Shown: positions 1-12,800 of the stretch, piece by piece
Layout: every line of letters starts with the position of its first letter
How positions within the stretch are numbered: position 1 is the stretch's first letter
Source: Octopus sinensis
Taxonomy: Eukaryota
Direction of reading: 5' to 3'
Assembly: GCF_006345805.1 (NCBI RefSeq)
Contig: NW_021835454.1
Span: 1 to 40,154, forward strand
DNA length: 40,154 nt
Program-made: the position numbers and the translations under genes
Notes under the pieces: generated by a model
Database searches by the model: none
Told to the model about the DNA's origin: nothing
What the model saw: only the letters and a program-made list of their open reading frames with translations

Positions 1-459
1 TGGACAGTGTATCTGTTACAGGACCGCATTTTCCAGTGTGTCTTTTCCTTTTTAACCTCTATGTCCTGTATGTCACTTGTGATACACAGGACATGTTTCC
101 CTGCAATTCATGCATCATATATGATACACATTCTCAATATTTTTCAACAACCAGGGTAACTTAAGACTTGTGAAAGGAAAATTTTATATTATCAAAAAGT
201 ATGAAACAAAAGATAATTTTACGAAATTGCTTTGGGCAGGCAAAGCGTGAAGACAGCAGGCTATATGAATTCGCTGCTAATTTTAACAGGTCGATTTCAG
301 TCAGTTTTATTTGTCTTTTTTTTTGTTGCAATTACAGAAACACTAGCCCAGTCTAAACAAACCTATAACAAAAGCATTCCACCTGTAATCACTCCGTCTT
401 TTACATATCTAAGACTTCAATATCCACTAAGTCCTTAAAATAACACGTTAATGTGCTTT

Positions 460-840
460 TAACGAATTTTGCTGCCATTTTAGCAAATAGATTTACGCCC
501 TGAGTTCAAATCCCACGAAAGTCAGTTTTGCTTTTATCATTTCGGGGTCGATAAAATAAGTACCAATCTGGGGTCGATTGACATGTAATTGACATGTCCC
601 CTTCCTTCGAAATATTAGTGGCTTTGCACCAAAATTTGAAACCTTTTAAGAGGAAAACTGGCAGAATTGTTAAAACGTCTGTAAAAATGCTTAGTGGTGT
701 TTCTGCCGATTCATTACGTTCTGAGTTCAAATTTCGTCAAAGTAAGTTAACTTCGCCATTCCTCCTGATGGGGTCGATGTTATGAGGTAGTAGTCAAGTA
801 ATGGGATCAACGTAATTGCTATGTTTCCTTCCTTAATAAT
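460..840 (+). mobile_element. Two adjacent degenerate tRNA-derived SINE copies
   Basis: B-box-like GAGTTCAAAT at ~502 and ~724, each followed by a GGGGTCGAT body motif. The second copy has a GGCAGAATTGTTA head. Confidence 0.6.
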
Positions 841-1305
841 TACTGGCTTGTGAAAACAGGGATTTAATCGATGTGTTCTGGGTTTTCTGTATAAATGTGT
901 GCACAAGAAAAGGAAAAAACTGTTTATAGTCTCAGTTGTTCTTTATTCTGACATCGGATCTCATGGAGGCGACTTTACTCTTTTGTCTTTTTTTAAGAAA
1001 GAATCAATGACGATGCAAGTGGCAGTAACTAATTCCATTGACAATAATCTCCATTCCATCACGAAATATCATTGTTCACACATACACAAACACATACACA
1101 CACTCACACGCACAATCACTGCCACATACGGACACGCACACCCTCTACCTATCCCTCTCTCTCTACCTTTCTCTCTTTCTTTATTTATATTCGGACATAC
1201 AAATACACACACATGTGTGTGCGTATATGTGTGTGTGAATATGTGTGTGAATATGTGTGTGAATATGTGTATATATAATCTGTAATTTCTTCTCGATCTT
1301 TAAAG

Positions 1306-2065
1306 GTATTATATATGAACTACATAATGAGTTTCCGGGTGAAAAAGGCTTACAATTGGATTGAAAATAGACTGAAGCGCTGCGAAATGGAATCGACGCC
1401 ATTCAACGCCCGTTATTATGTCGATAAAAGGAAATTCTGTGGTGTAGATTCATTGAACAATCTAATGAAAAGACCTACAGTAAGATCTTTACTCGCACGT
1501 TCGATACTGAGTCAATATAGCGATTCTTCGACAGTTTCCAGCGAAGATGATTCATCAGACTGGTCAGATGATTCAGAAACGGGTGGCAGCCTACATTCAC
1601 CCTCTAGCATATATTTCCATCCAAAAGGCTTGGGTGTCCTCAAGATGAACGGTAGATTATCAGCGAGCAACCATTCGTCGGTGAACTCTGCATACGTGGA
1701 TGGGCTTGGCGATTCTGTAACTTCATGCACTCCGAGTACAATAACTAATATGGGTCGCAATGATGCCAGTATTCCTATTAATTCGAAAATAGAAGTAAGA
1801 CCTATTAACACAATCAGTGGAAATTTAATTAAGGATATCAAAGTGAACATCAAGTCACCGTTCCTTCCGAGCCATGAAGAATTCGACAGCCGGACCTTTA
1901 TACTAGCAACGGATTCCGACATGGAGTTCAATGATGACGCTGTGGTTGATTTACTGAACACTTGTAATAATGATCTCCGAGTCGGTGGTGCTTGTGGCCA
2001 CACATATCCCATCGGCGAGAAGAATCGCCCAATTGTATGGTTCCAAATGTTTGAATATATCAAAG
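1306..2065 (+). CDS. CHS: CHS exon A: catalytic domain with Ser/acidic insert and DxD motif
   Basis: Acceptor AG at 1304-1305 (phase 0) and donor GT at 2066 (phase 1). Encodes [12 protein letters not shown]...[12 protein letters not shown]...ACGHTYPIG...WFQMFEYIK. Confidence 0.88.
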
Positions 2066-2813
2066 GTTGGTTTTTCTTTTTCTCTAATGTTGTTTACATA
2101 ACACTTAGTATTTTGTATAAACAATCAATAAAAACTATATTAAATATCAAGCGACATAATTTGAATAGGTCTTGACGATAAAAGGCTGGATATTGCCCGA
2201 TGAAATGGCGTGCTTACGCAATGTGAAATTACGTAATATATGCTACGCATTGTTGAAAAACAACCACGTTACTGAAACGCGTGTAGCAGTGTTTTGAGAC
2301 GTTTATTCTTATTTCGATATAAAAAATATATACACATATGTATATATGTATTCAATAGGGTGGTAGGTAGGGAGATAGGTCGATGTGTATGTGTTTAGTT
2401 AGGCTTCCTCTGAAATTCACCTTGTGTGATTGTGTAAATTAATTTTAGCCAAGCGCGATATATCCGACAGCAATTGATGCATAAATAAAGTTTACGTTTT
2501 TCTAGTTTTACTAAATCTTGAATGACAATCATATATGTAAGTACTTGAGTCAATGACTGCCAATATTAAAAATCAAATAGATGATACATCAAAGTGTAAC
2601 CAATCTCTCTTACTCTACCGAATCGTTAGTACACCTCTGAAGATGTTCTCTATGTAAAATCTAGGTGAATTATGCCCGGCTTATCTATATTCAGATTTTC
2701 TGTTTAGAATGTCGCAGATACAAGTATAAATAGGAATGAAATGTATATGTAGTCTGGAAATCGGCCGAAAACGAGCCTATAGCCATTCTACACGGATTAT
2801 AGCTTGAACAACT

Positions 2814-2891
<78 letters not shown>

Positions 2892-5800
2892 ACATACAGA
2901 TACACACGCAAAGACGCACAGACACACAGACATACAGATATACACATACTCAGACATACGCAAAGGTCCACACACTCTCTCACACGCACCCACATACACA
3001 CACAGACACACACGCACAAACACGCGTGTTTGTGTGAGTTATGCAATGAGCAAAAACAAAAGACGAGAAAATGAGAAGGACAACATTTAACAAAAGTGTT
3101 ATTAGTTTACAGCTTAAAAGGAAAGGAAAGTATCTTTTACGTTTCGAATGCAAGTCCTTCATTAAAAATAAAAAGCGACAGAAAAGAAAGAATGGGAAAG
3201 ATGGATGAGGAGGGGGAAGAGTGACGAGAGAGAAAGAAACGAAAGAAAAAAGAATATATACATATACAGATAGTTAATTTACCTTGTACTTTTAGATGTA
3301 CGACGGTTATAGGTGAGTTTAAAGTTTCATTATCCATTCTACTTCCCGTACAGTTGTGTGGTTATTACTGTATTCAGAAGTATTACTGGTTATGATATAC
3401 GAGGGACGTTCAATAAGTAATGCCCCTGACCCACTTGCAGTTGTTTGATCTAGCTGAAATTTTGCATGTGCAATTTTTTATATCTCTATAGAGTACGTGA
3501 TAAATTACAGCTCTGAACTAATTGTGGTTTCTGATTTACATGTGTTTGAACTGAGTCAAGTGTGAAATGGAGCCTGTTGAGTGTCGAGCAGTGATCCGGT
3601 TTTTGTATTTGAAAGGACGCACACCACGGGAGACTTTTGATGAAATGAAAGTAACTTATGGTGATGATGCCCCATCATATGACCTTGTAAAACGCTGGTA
3701 TCGGGAATTCAAACATGGTCGGAACTCTGTGGAAACAGCTCCCAGATCTGGTCGCCCCGCTTCTGCCGTTGATGAGGCATCTGTCCGTCAAGTTGAGGCT
3801 GTCATGTTGGAAGATCGACGCATAATTATTCGCCAAATAGCCCATGAGGTCAAGATTAGTACCGGGTCTGTGGAAACTATCATTCATGACCATTTGCATA
3901 TGCAAAAGGTGTCTGCCAGATGGATTCCCAGGTTGCTCACGCCTTTCCAGAAGCAAGAACGCGTCGAGTGCTCGAGGATGAATTTGGAGATGTGCCAAGA
4001 AGATGAGTCAAAATTTTTCAAAAGACTGATTACACAGGATGAAACCTGGGTCCATCACGATGATCCAGAGACCAAAGCCCAGTCAATGCAGTGGAAGCAC
4101 CGTGACTCACCCCCTCCAAAGAAGGCAAGGGTGCAGCCCTCCGCTGGCAAGGTCATGCTCACAGTCTTCTGGGACCAGGACGGAGTAGTGATGACAGATT
4201 TCCTGGCAAAGGGTACCACAATTACAGGAGCCTATTATGCTTCACTTTTGAGGAAATTAAGAGAAGTTATCAAAATCAAGAGGCGGGGCAAGATCAGCAA
4301 AGGCATCCTTCTCCTGCAGGACAACGCTCCGGTCCACAACTCGCTTGTCGCCAGATCAGAAGCACAGGCGTATGGCTATGAACTCCTCCCCCATTCCCCT
4401 ACTTTCCTGACTTTCCACCCTCTGATTTTCCCCTCTTCCCAGTCATGAAGTTGTTTTTGAAAAGAAAGCGTTTCCCAGATGATGCAGCCTTGATTTCTGA
4501 AGTCACGTTCAGGTTGGAGAACCAAGCTGGGGTCTTCTACAAAAACGGTCTCCAGAGCTGCATCAAACAATGGGAGAAATGCGTAACTCTGGGTGGTTCC
4601 TATGTAGAAAAAGACTAATAACTGTGCCAAGTTTCGTTGCTCTACTGCTATGGGAAGTGGGTTAGGGGCATTACTTATTGAACGCCCCTCGTACAAGCCA
4701 AATGTATGAGAAATTATGATAATTGTGATAATTTATAATTTCTCGGGTAGATAGATAGAGGGATAGAGCGAGAGAGAGAAAAAGAGAGAATGACATGACT
4801 CACTGAGTTGTAACATCATCACTTCATGATGTCATCCTCACGTGATATGTTTAGACGTATCACATCAGGAAGTGATCTATCATAACATAATCTGTATTCG
4901 GTCGCTGCAAGCTAAGAAAATATATGTTAGTTATAATACTGTTGTTACTTACTGCCGTTACCATCACATACTGTACCTATTTACAGCGTGTTAGATTTAT
5001 CTTTAACCGAACATTATATACAGACTTAGTGCTGTGTGGTTGAGCCTCGGACTTTACAAAGCTATTGACCAGTCTTGGTTCACTCCAAGATCCAATGGCA
5101 CCGGTTACCCGGTTTCTATGACGTACAAGTGACCAATCTCATATTTCCGATGAACAGGACACCAGTCCGTGGCAGTGTTCTCCGTTTACTTCTGAGTGAA
5201 TTGGAGCAACGCGAAATGAAGTGTTTGCCCCAGAACACAACGCATCACCTGAAATCGAAACCATGATCTTGCGACTGTGAGTGCAACAGGCTATAAGCAT
5301 TCACATCTTGAAAATTTAACATATTTTTCATATACACAGTATATTTACTGTCTTTTTTCGTTTGTATTTAAAAATTTTGTTCCTTTTTTAAAGATTTCTG
5401 GATGACAAAGACTGCTCAGAATATTATTGGGTCGGTGATGTGTTGCCCAGGATGTTTCAGTCTGTATAGAATCACTGCGCTCTATAATTTATTGGACGAT
5501 TATTCTCAAGAAAGTATGGAACCGATGGATGTACTTATCAAAGACACAGGTACGGCGCCAATTATTTCGATATTTCATTCTGCGTATATTAGTTGGTTCG
5601 CTCGTTTATTATTTAATATATTTCCGCTCTCAGTGAGATGGCGTAAATTCTGGCTTTTATGGTTCTGAGTTCAAATAAAGTCAAGGTTAACTTCGCTTCC
5701 GGGGTTAATAAAATTTAGTTCAAGAAACCTCTTCCTCCAAATTCGTAGCCGTGCTTCGTACCCAGGATCCATGACAGTTTATACATGGGGGAATTATCCG

Positions 5801-6759
5801 TAGTGAAATGGAAAAAAAGTATTTTATTCGTTTCACTTCACGTAATTTAGACAATACAGTATTCAAAGTCAGTTGGTCTAATGCACAGTTTAACAAAGAT
5901 ATCAAAGACCCAACATTTGATTCCTGGATTCGTTTTAACAATGTTAAATGAAGCCTTTTCACCTGTTTCTTCCGTCAATTACTTTTTCTGAAACATTTTG
6001 ATCCCCAGATGTTTAGAATAAGTAGCAACCACACCAACCTCGCCCATCTCGACGAATCCATAAAGAGTTCACAGACCATAACCCTCTTCCTTTTGTGTGT
6101 GTCCTCTGGTGTGAATGAATAACCAATGCCAACCAGTTGGGATTCCTAGTACGACTTGAACAAAATTTGGCTCGCGAGACCTCCGTTCAGGTAATCGTCC
6201 TGAGTCCCCATTTCCCCTTTATACGCAAACCCATTGCAAGGTTACCCATTTAGAGTTGCGAGAACTGGAGCAGAGCGCAATGAAGGCTTTTCTTCAAGAA
6301 TACAACTCACAGCCGGTCTGAAACTCGAAACTGTGACCTCGTGATGGTAAGTGCAATACCCTAACCGCTAGGCCACGAGATTTTGTGCGCCATCCGTCTC
6401 TTGGTATAATCTCTTGGATTATGAACTGGTATTGGAAGAAAGGGCTGGTCTACAGACAAAGTTGATATTGTCAGTAGGGCACTAACATATATTTGTAGAT
6501 TGAACTGATGGGGCCGCACCACCAATTCTTTTACGGAAACCGAGCAAGGATCGGTCTATCATCTTCATTCTTTTCTCTCTTTCTCTCACTCTCTCTCTTT
6601 TACCATATATCTCTCTCTCACTCCACAAATCTCTTTTTCTGTGGGCATTTCTTTCCATCCATCTATCTGTTTGTTATACAACTACCCATCCACCCATCCA
6701 ACCATCCATCCATTTGTTTATACAACTACTCATCTATCCATCCGTCTGTCCCTCCCTCC

Positions 6760-6855
<96 letters not shown>

Positions 6856-7055
6856 CCCTCTTTCTCTTTGGGTTACTGACTGACTGACTGACTCACTCAC
6901 TCACCCACTCACTCACTCACTCACTCACTCACTCCTCACTCACTCACTCACTCACTCACCCACTCACCTACTCCTTCCCTCCCTTACTCACTCCCTCCCT
7001 CCCTCCCTCACTCCCTCCCTCCCTCCCTAACTCACTCACTCACTCACACACTCAC

Positions 7056-7103
<48 letters not shown>

Positions 7104-7915
7104 CATTCCATCAAACTGTCCCTTATCAGTGAACCTCTTGCATTTAGATACGTTTGTTCTAAACTTCCTCACTTATTTTCTGGCTTTCAGTCTGAAACCC
7201 TCATTTCATCCGTTCTGAGTTTCTCCTCATAAGTCTCAAGTTACTCTGCCGGTTAAATAAATGGGAATGTGTATCATATATGATGAATGGGCGCCAGGGA
7301 GAGGTGTCCTGCATCACATGCCATACACAGGACAAACAAAGGCTAATAGTTTTCTCGAAATCTGTTTATTTTTCTTATGTCTTTTTCATATTTTTGTACT
7401 TTATGTCTCTTTACTTTTTAAGGCGAGGATCGATGGATGTGTACTCTTATGATGATGAGAGGCTGGAAATTAAAATTTTGTACGTTCGCTGTGAACACGA
7501 CTTACTGTCCATGTAAATTGGAGGAGTTCTTGAAACAACGACGACGCTGGATGTTATCGGATATGGCCAATACATTCCTAGTAATGCAGCAACTTCCTCG
7601 ACTAGTGCGATACAATGCTTGCTTTACGGTCTTGTACATCATCTACCTTATTCAGTTGTTCACCATGGTTGTCCTTCTCCAGGTAAATATATCTTCTTTT
7701 ATTGCTTCTGTCTTCGGACTGCGGCCATGCAGGGCCATCACATCGAAGGGTTTTAGTTGAACAAATCAGCACCAGTACATTTTTTTAAAGTCTTCTACTT
7801 ATTCTATCCGCCTATTCGTTGCCTAAAGGCTTGGCTATGGGGTCGAAAACAAGCCAATATTGGTTGTCTAGATTTGGGGCCACAAACATAAACACAAAGA
7901 TACACACATATCCGC

Positions 7916-7961
<46 letters not shown>

Positions 7962-9173
7962 CTGTGTGTCTGTGTGTACAAAGAGAGAAAGGGGGAGAGA
8001 GAGGTAAATAAATAATATATACACGTCGGGCTTCCACACAGTTTCCGCCTACCAAATCCACTACCAAGGTATTGGTCGGCTTGGGGTTTTAAAAGTCACT
8101 TGTCCAATGTACCTCGCAAGAATATCGGAACCGAAACCATGTGGATACAAAGTCAGCATCTTGAGCAAAGGCCATACATACAGACAGGCAGGCGCTCGAG
8201 TAGGCGGGCTGGTGCACAGGCGGACCAATGGATGGATAGATGGATGTCGCTGATATATCAACACTAATATCAACAACACTATGTGGTGTTGATATGTAAC
8301 CAACAGTCACCCAATCAGCAGTAAGCATCCTGAACTTCCTCCAGTCGGTCGCCTGAGCCTGACAAGGTAGGTTCGTTTGATGAGCCTGCTAAACCTTAAG
8401 TTACTTGGAACGGAACCAAACTGTTAAATAATACAGAGGTTGTCCCAGAATTAGGTCTCTATTGCAATATATAAATTAATTCTGAAATAGATAGTGAATT
8501 CTAGGGTACCCTGTATATGTCCATACCTACACATGCGCGGGCGCATGTACGTGGGCGTGCGGGTGCGCATGTATAGGTATGGACATGCTCGCTTACGCGA
8601 ATACTATGAATATTTTTACCCCCTTACCATTACTCCCTACACTCACTTAGCGGTTATTCAAATAGCTCTTTAGTCTTAATAACGGTCAATCATACAGTAA
8701 TTTCCCTTTGTTTAATGGTCATTTTCATAGCATTTTTTCGATGGCCGGATAACTGAAGAGATGGCGGCGTGGGTTTCCGCCCCGACATCCGAAACTCAGA
8801 GTTCTATCATGGGTACCGAATAATTGTTACATATTATATTTACAGATAAATTCCTCTATTTACATAATATCGAGGTCTCATTCACTGTTTTGTTGTCATA
8901 CCATTTCTATCAATATATATATAAACATATATGTGTGTGTGTGTGTGTGTGCGTGTGGGTGTATGTGTGTATATGTGTGTGTGTGTATATATATATATAT
9001 GTCCTTACCTTCGAAACACACTTTGAATCGAACCAGGGACAGCTGATGAAGGGGAATTTTCCTTGTTTGTTGTCTGTACTCTATTTTTCCGTTGTTTAAA
9101 AAAAGTCCGTTTCCTTGTTTGATTTTATGTCTCGTCTCTCGTTGTGTTCTACGTTTATTTGTGGTGTCCTGTA

Positions 9174-9230
<57 letters not shown>

Positions 9231-9756
9231 ATATATATATATATTATATATATGCATGAATATATACATGTAGATGTAAGTATGTACATATATGTATGTA
9301 TATATGCATATTTTTTTTTACTTGTTTCAGTCATTTGACTGCGGCCATGTTGGAGCACCGCCTTTAATCGAGCAATTCATTGTAAGCTCAGTACTTATTC
9401 TATCGGGCTCTTTTGCCGAACCGCTAAGTGACGGGGACATAAACACACCAGCATCGGTTGTCAAGCAATGCTAGGGGACAAACACAAACATACACGCACA
9501 CACACATATATATATACATATATACGACGGGCTTCTTTCAGTTTCCATCTACCAAATCCACTCACAAGGCTTTGGTCATCCCGAGGCTATAGTAGAATAC
9601 ACTGGCCCAAGGTGCCACGCAGTGGGACTGAACCGGAACCATGTGGTTGGTAAACAAGCTACTTACCACACAGCCACTCCTGCGCCTACATATATTTTAT
9701 TTTTTTATTATATTACTATATGACCGAACATACGCGTTATTTCTCTTCTCCAAGTT

Positions 9757-9812
<56 letters not shown>

Positions 9813-12800
9813 CTACTGTATATGCATATTTCGATTTTTATGTTAAGAACATGCATAGACTGAACGTGTGATAATACTTGCTTCAATCGAATTTTCTTTT
9901 GATTTGATACAAGCATGAAGACCGGACTTGCACATTTTGTCTTAAATATATAACGATTTATGGAAGTTGTGTATCATGTACACACACACACACACACACA
10001 CACGTAATTCTCTCCCTCACCTCCGCTTGCATACATTCTTATTTATAATGACAGAGAGCCGACAACTGATGAAGGGTCGTTCTTTATGTTACTTGTCCCG
10101 TTTTCCAATTGTTTCTCTCGCTGTTTGCGTATTGAACTCATTTGTTTTCGTGTTTCATGTTGTTTACTGTTGGTGACGTCCTGTACCCATATATGCATGT
10201 TTGGCTGCGGTGATGCTGGAGCACCGTTTTTAGTCGAGCAAATCGACTCCAGAGCTTATTCTTTGGAAGCCTAGTAATTATTCTAGCGGTCTCTTTTGCT
10301 GAACCGCTAATTTACGGGGACGTAAGCACCCCCAAACGGTTGTCAAGCGATGTTGGGTGGGGGACAAACACAGACATACAAACCTATAAACACACAGACA
10401 TACAAACCTATAAACACACAGACATAACCATATATATACACATATACGATGGGCTTCTTCTAATTTCCGTCTACCAAATCCACTGACACGGCTTTGGTCG
10501 GCCCGAAGCTATAGTAGAAGATACTTGCCCAAGGTACCACGCAGTGGGACTGAACCTAGGACCATGTGGTTGGTAAGCAAGCTACTTATCACACAGCCAC
10601 TCTTGTGCCTATATACCACACAGCCACTCCTGCGCCTACTTACCACACAGTCACTCCTGCACCTACTTACCACACAGCCACTCCTGCGCCTACTTACCAC
10701 ACAGCCACTCCTGAGCCTACTTACTACACAGCCGCTCCTGCTCATACTTATCACACAGCCACTCCTGCGCCTACTTAACACACAGCCACTCCTGCGCCTA
10801 CTTAACACACAGCCACTCCTGCGCCTACTTACCACACAGCCACTCCTACGCATACTTACCACACAGCCACTCCTGCGCCTACTTACCACACAGCCAATCC
10901 TGCGCCTACTTATCACACAGCCACTCCTGCGCCTACTTACCACATAGCCACTCCTACGCATACTTACCACATAGCCACTCCTGCGTCTACTTACCACACA
11001 GCCAATCCTGCGCCTACTTATCACACAGCCACTCCTGCGCCTACTTACCACACAGCCGCTCCTGCATCTAAGCTTATAAAAATATCATTATTATTATTAT
11101 TATTTACAGGATTTTAAAACTCGACACCGCTTAACAAAACCATTTGCACCGAAAAATACATATATAAATATCATAGTACATTCGATCTGGTACATGGAGT
11201 TTCATCAGAGTGAATACAAATGCATAAAATAAAATAGAATAAACGAAGGGAAGAGGGAAGAGGGAAGAAGAAAGAACAGGGCCTCGAGATGATAGCAGAA
11301 AGCTTAGTATATCAGAATCATACCATCTTGCTGCGTGGAGCTTGAATTCGTTAGGTAAAAGAGTGAAGTAGCAGTGATGTAGGGAAATATTTATGGGCTA
11401 TCTCTTTATAAAGGGGAAACCAGGTCTGTAAATAGTAGTGAAATAAAACTAGTACTAAAATAAAAAGGGGAATTCCCAACATGTTTAGAAAAAGAATAGT
11501 ACTTATGATTTCGTAAATAGGGCTAATTAATATCTATCCAAAAACAAAACCGTAGAGTTCTTATAATAGTGTACTTACTGAAATATTCTAGAGACCACCA
11601 CCTGTTGTCCGTAATAGAATTAACCAAAGTCCATTCATCTCTACAACTGGTCAGTTATATTTAAACCAAGGGCAAAGTTAAGACCCTTACAGGGGTAGAC
11701 GTAAATAAGGAAGAAAACGAACCAGTAAATAAAGGGTGTGGGGGAGAAGACTGCGACATAAGTGACACGAGGCTGCTTATGCCCTTCTACAACATCTCAA
11801 CATAACATAAATAAAAATAAAAAGATAAATACTATCAGCCAAAACGACAGAAATTTTTTTTACAGTTAAGGAGAGACAGCTTATAGGAGAGGTGCATACA
11901 AGTAGAAGTTACAAAATATAATGCTGAATCTGACATTCTAAGTTGCCAGCAAAATTCCAAGTAGTGGTAATATGAGACGAACAAGTAAATGTCTACACGT
12001 TCCTAAGTATATTCTACCTCATACGCATACGAGAGGGCAAAAGTACAAAACCCACAAACATATAAGCGATTAAAAATTAAATCACTTGCGAATTACTACC
12101 ATGGTTACAAACTCCAGGTCCCACCACAGTTTACTAAATCTTACTTAGATAATGTTATACATTATAACATGTATTATGTTATAATAAAAATTAGATTATT
12201 CATATCAATAAACTTATTAATTATATTAACCCTTACTTGGTGTAGCCATAGTGAGTCTACCACTGAATTACGCTTTCATTCAAACACAATAAGCCTAAGT
12301 GTACAAATATCTCATGGTATGTCATCTACTGCAGTGCCCAAATACAGACCTATACAATCTAGAGTGGGGAAAGGTAACATTAAATTCTTAAATTTGGGGA
12401 GAAAACGATAAGGGAAGAAAACATTGTGTTCTCGCCCTATCGTTTTCTCTCTCATCCTTTCTCTAATTTCTTTTCTCCCCGTCACTGTTTTCTATCTCTC
12501 TCCCCCTCCCCCAATTTCTCCTTTACTCTCTATCTCATTGCTCACACGTAACCATCGTCCATCTTTCTTTTCTTTTAGGGTTGTCTTAAAGACTGGACGC
12601 ATCCTATCTCTCCTATCTTTTACTTTGTCACAAAAATTATTTCTCCAGCGTTCGCTATTTTACTCTCGTTCTGGTCTAACGGCCCTCCATTTTTGTTTTC
12701 GCTCGGTTTCCTTATATGCCTCCGCTGTCTCGTTCCCAACTTTGGCCCTCCGTAATTCCCAAATTTTATTTTGGTACTTATGGGAGCAACTGTCTTCGAA

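Noticed and set aside
899-1285. ORF with HKKRKK as the preceding CHS exon
   Set aside because: It lacks the expected K(K/R)RWSQ continuation and has no phase-0 donor in context. It runs into a CA/GT microsatellite. The upstream exon is probably outside the window.
1315-2175. ORF-track entry as a complete single-exon gene starting at ATG 1315
   Set aside because: Homology extends to the acceptor at 1306, and the frame leaves through the GT at 2066. The antisense ORF 1512-2063 is a shadow.
9640-9690. tRNA genes at A/B-box motifs (also ~500, 6350, 22160, 39300)
   Set aside because: No cloverleaf could be formed, and each continues into a shared SINE body. They are SINE heads.
10585-11070. Regular short-repeat array as CRISPR; the 140-180 aa ORFs across it as genes
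   Set aside because: Units are contiguous with no unique spacers, there are no cas genes, and the context is eukaryotic. The ORFs are by-products of a 27-bp (9-codon) period.
11100-12400. Possible decayed Penelope GIY-YIG region (also 15670-15897)
   Set aside because: There are only scattered weak words (CPFIST-like, YVIYC...GE) and no continuous frame. A translated profile search would be needed.
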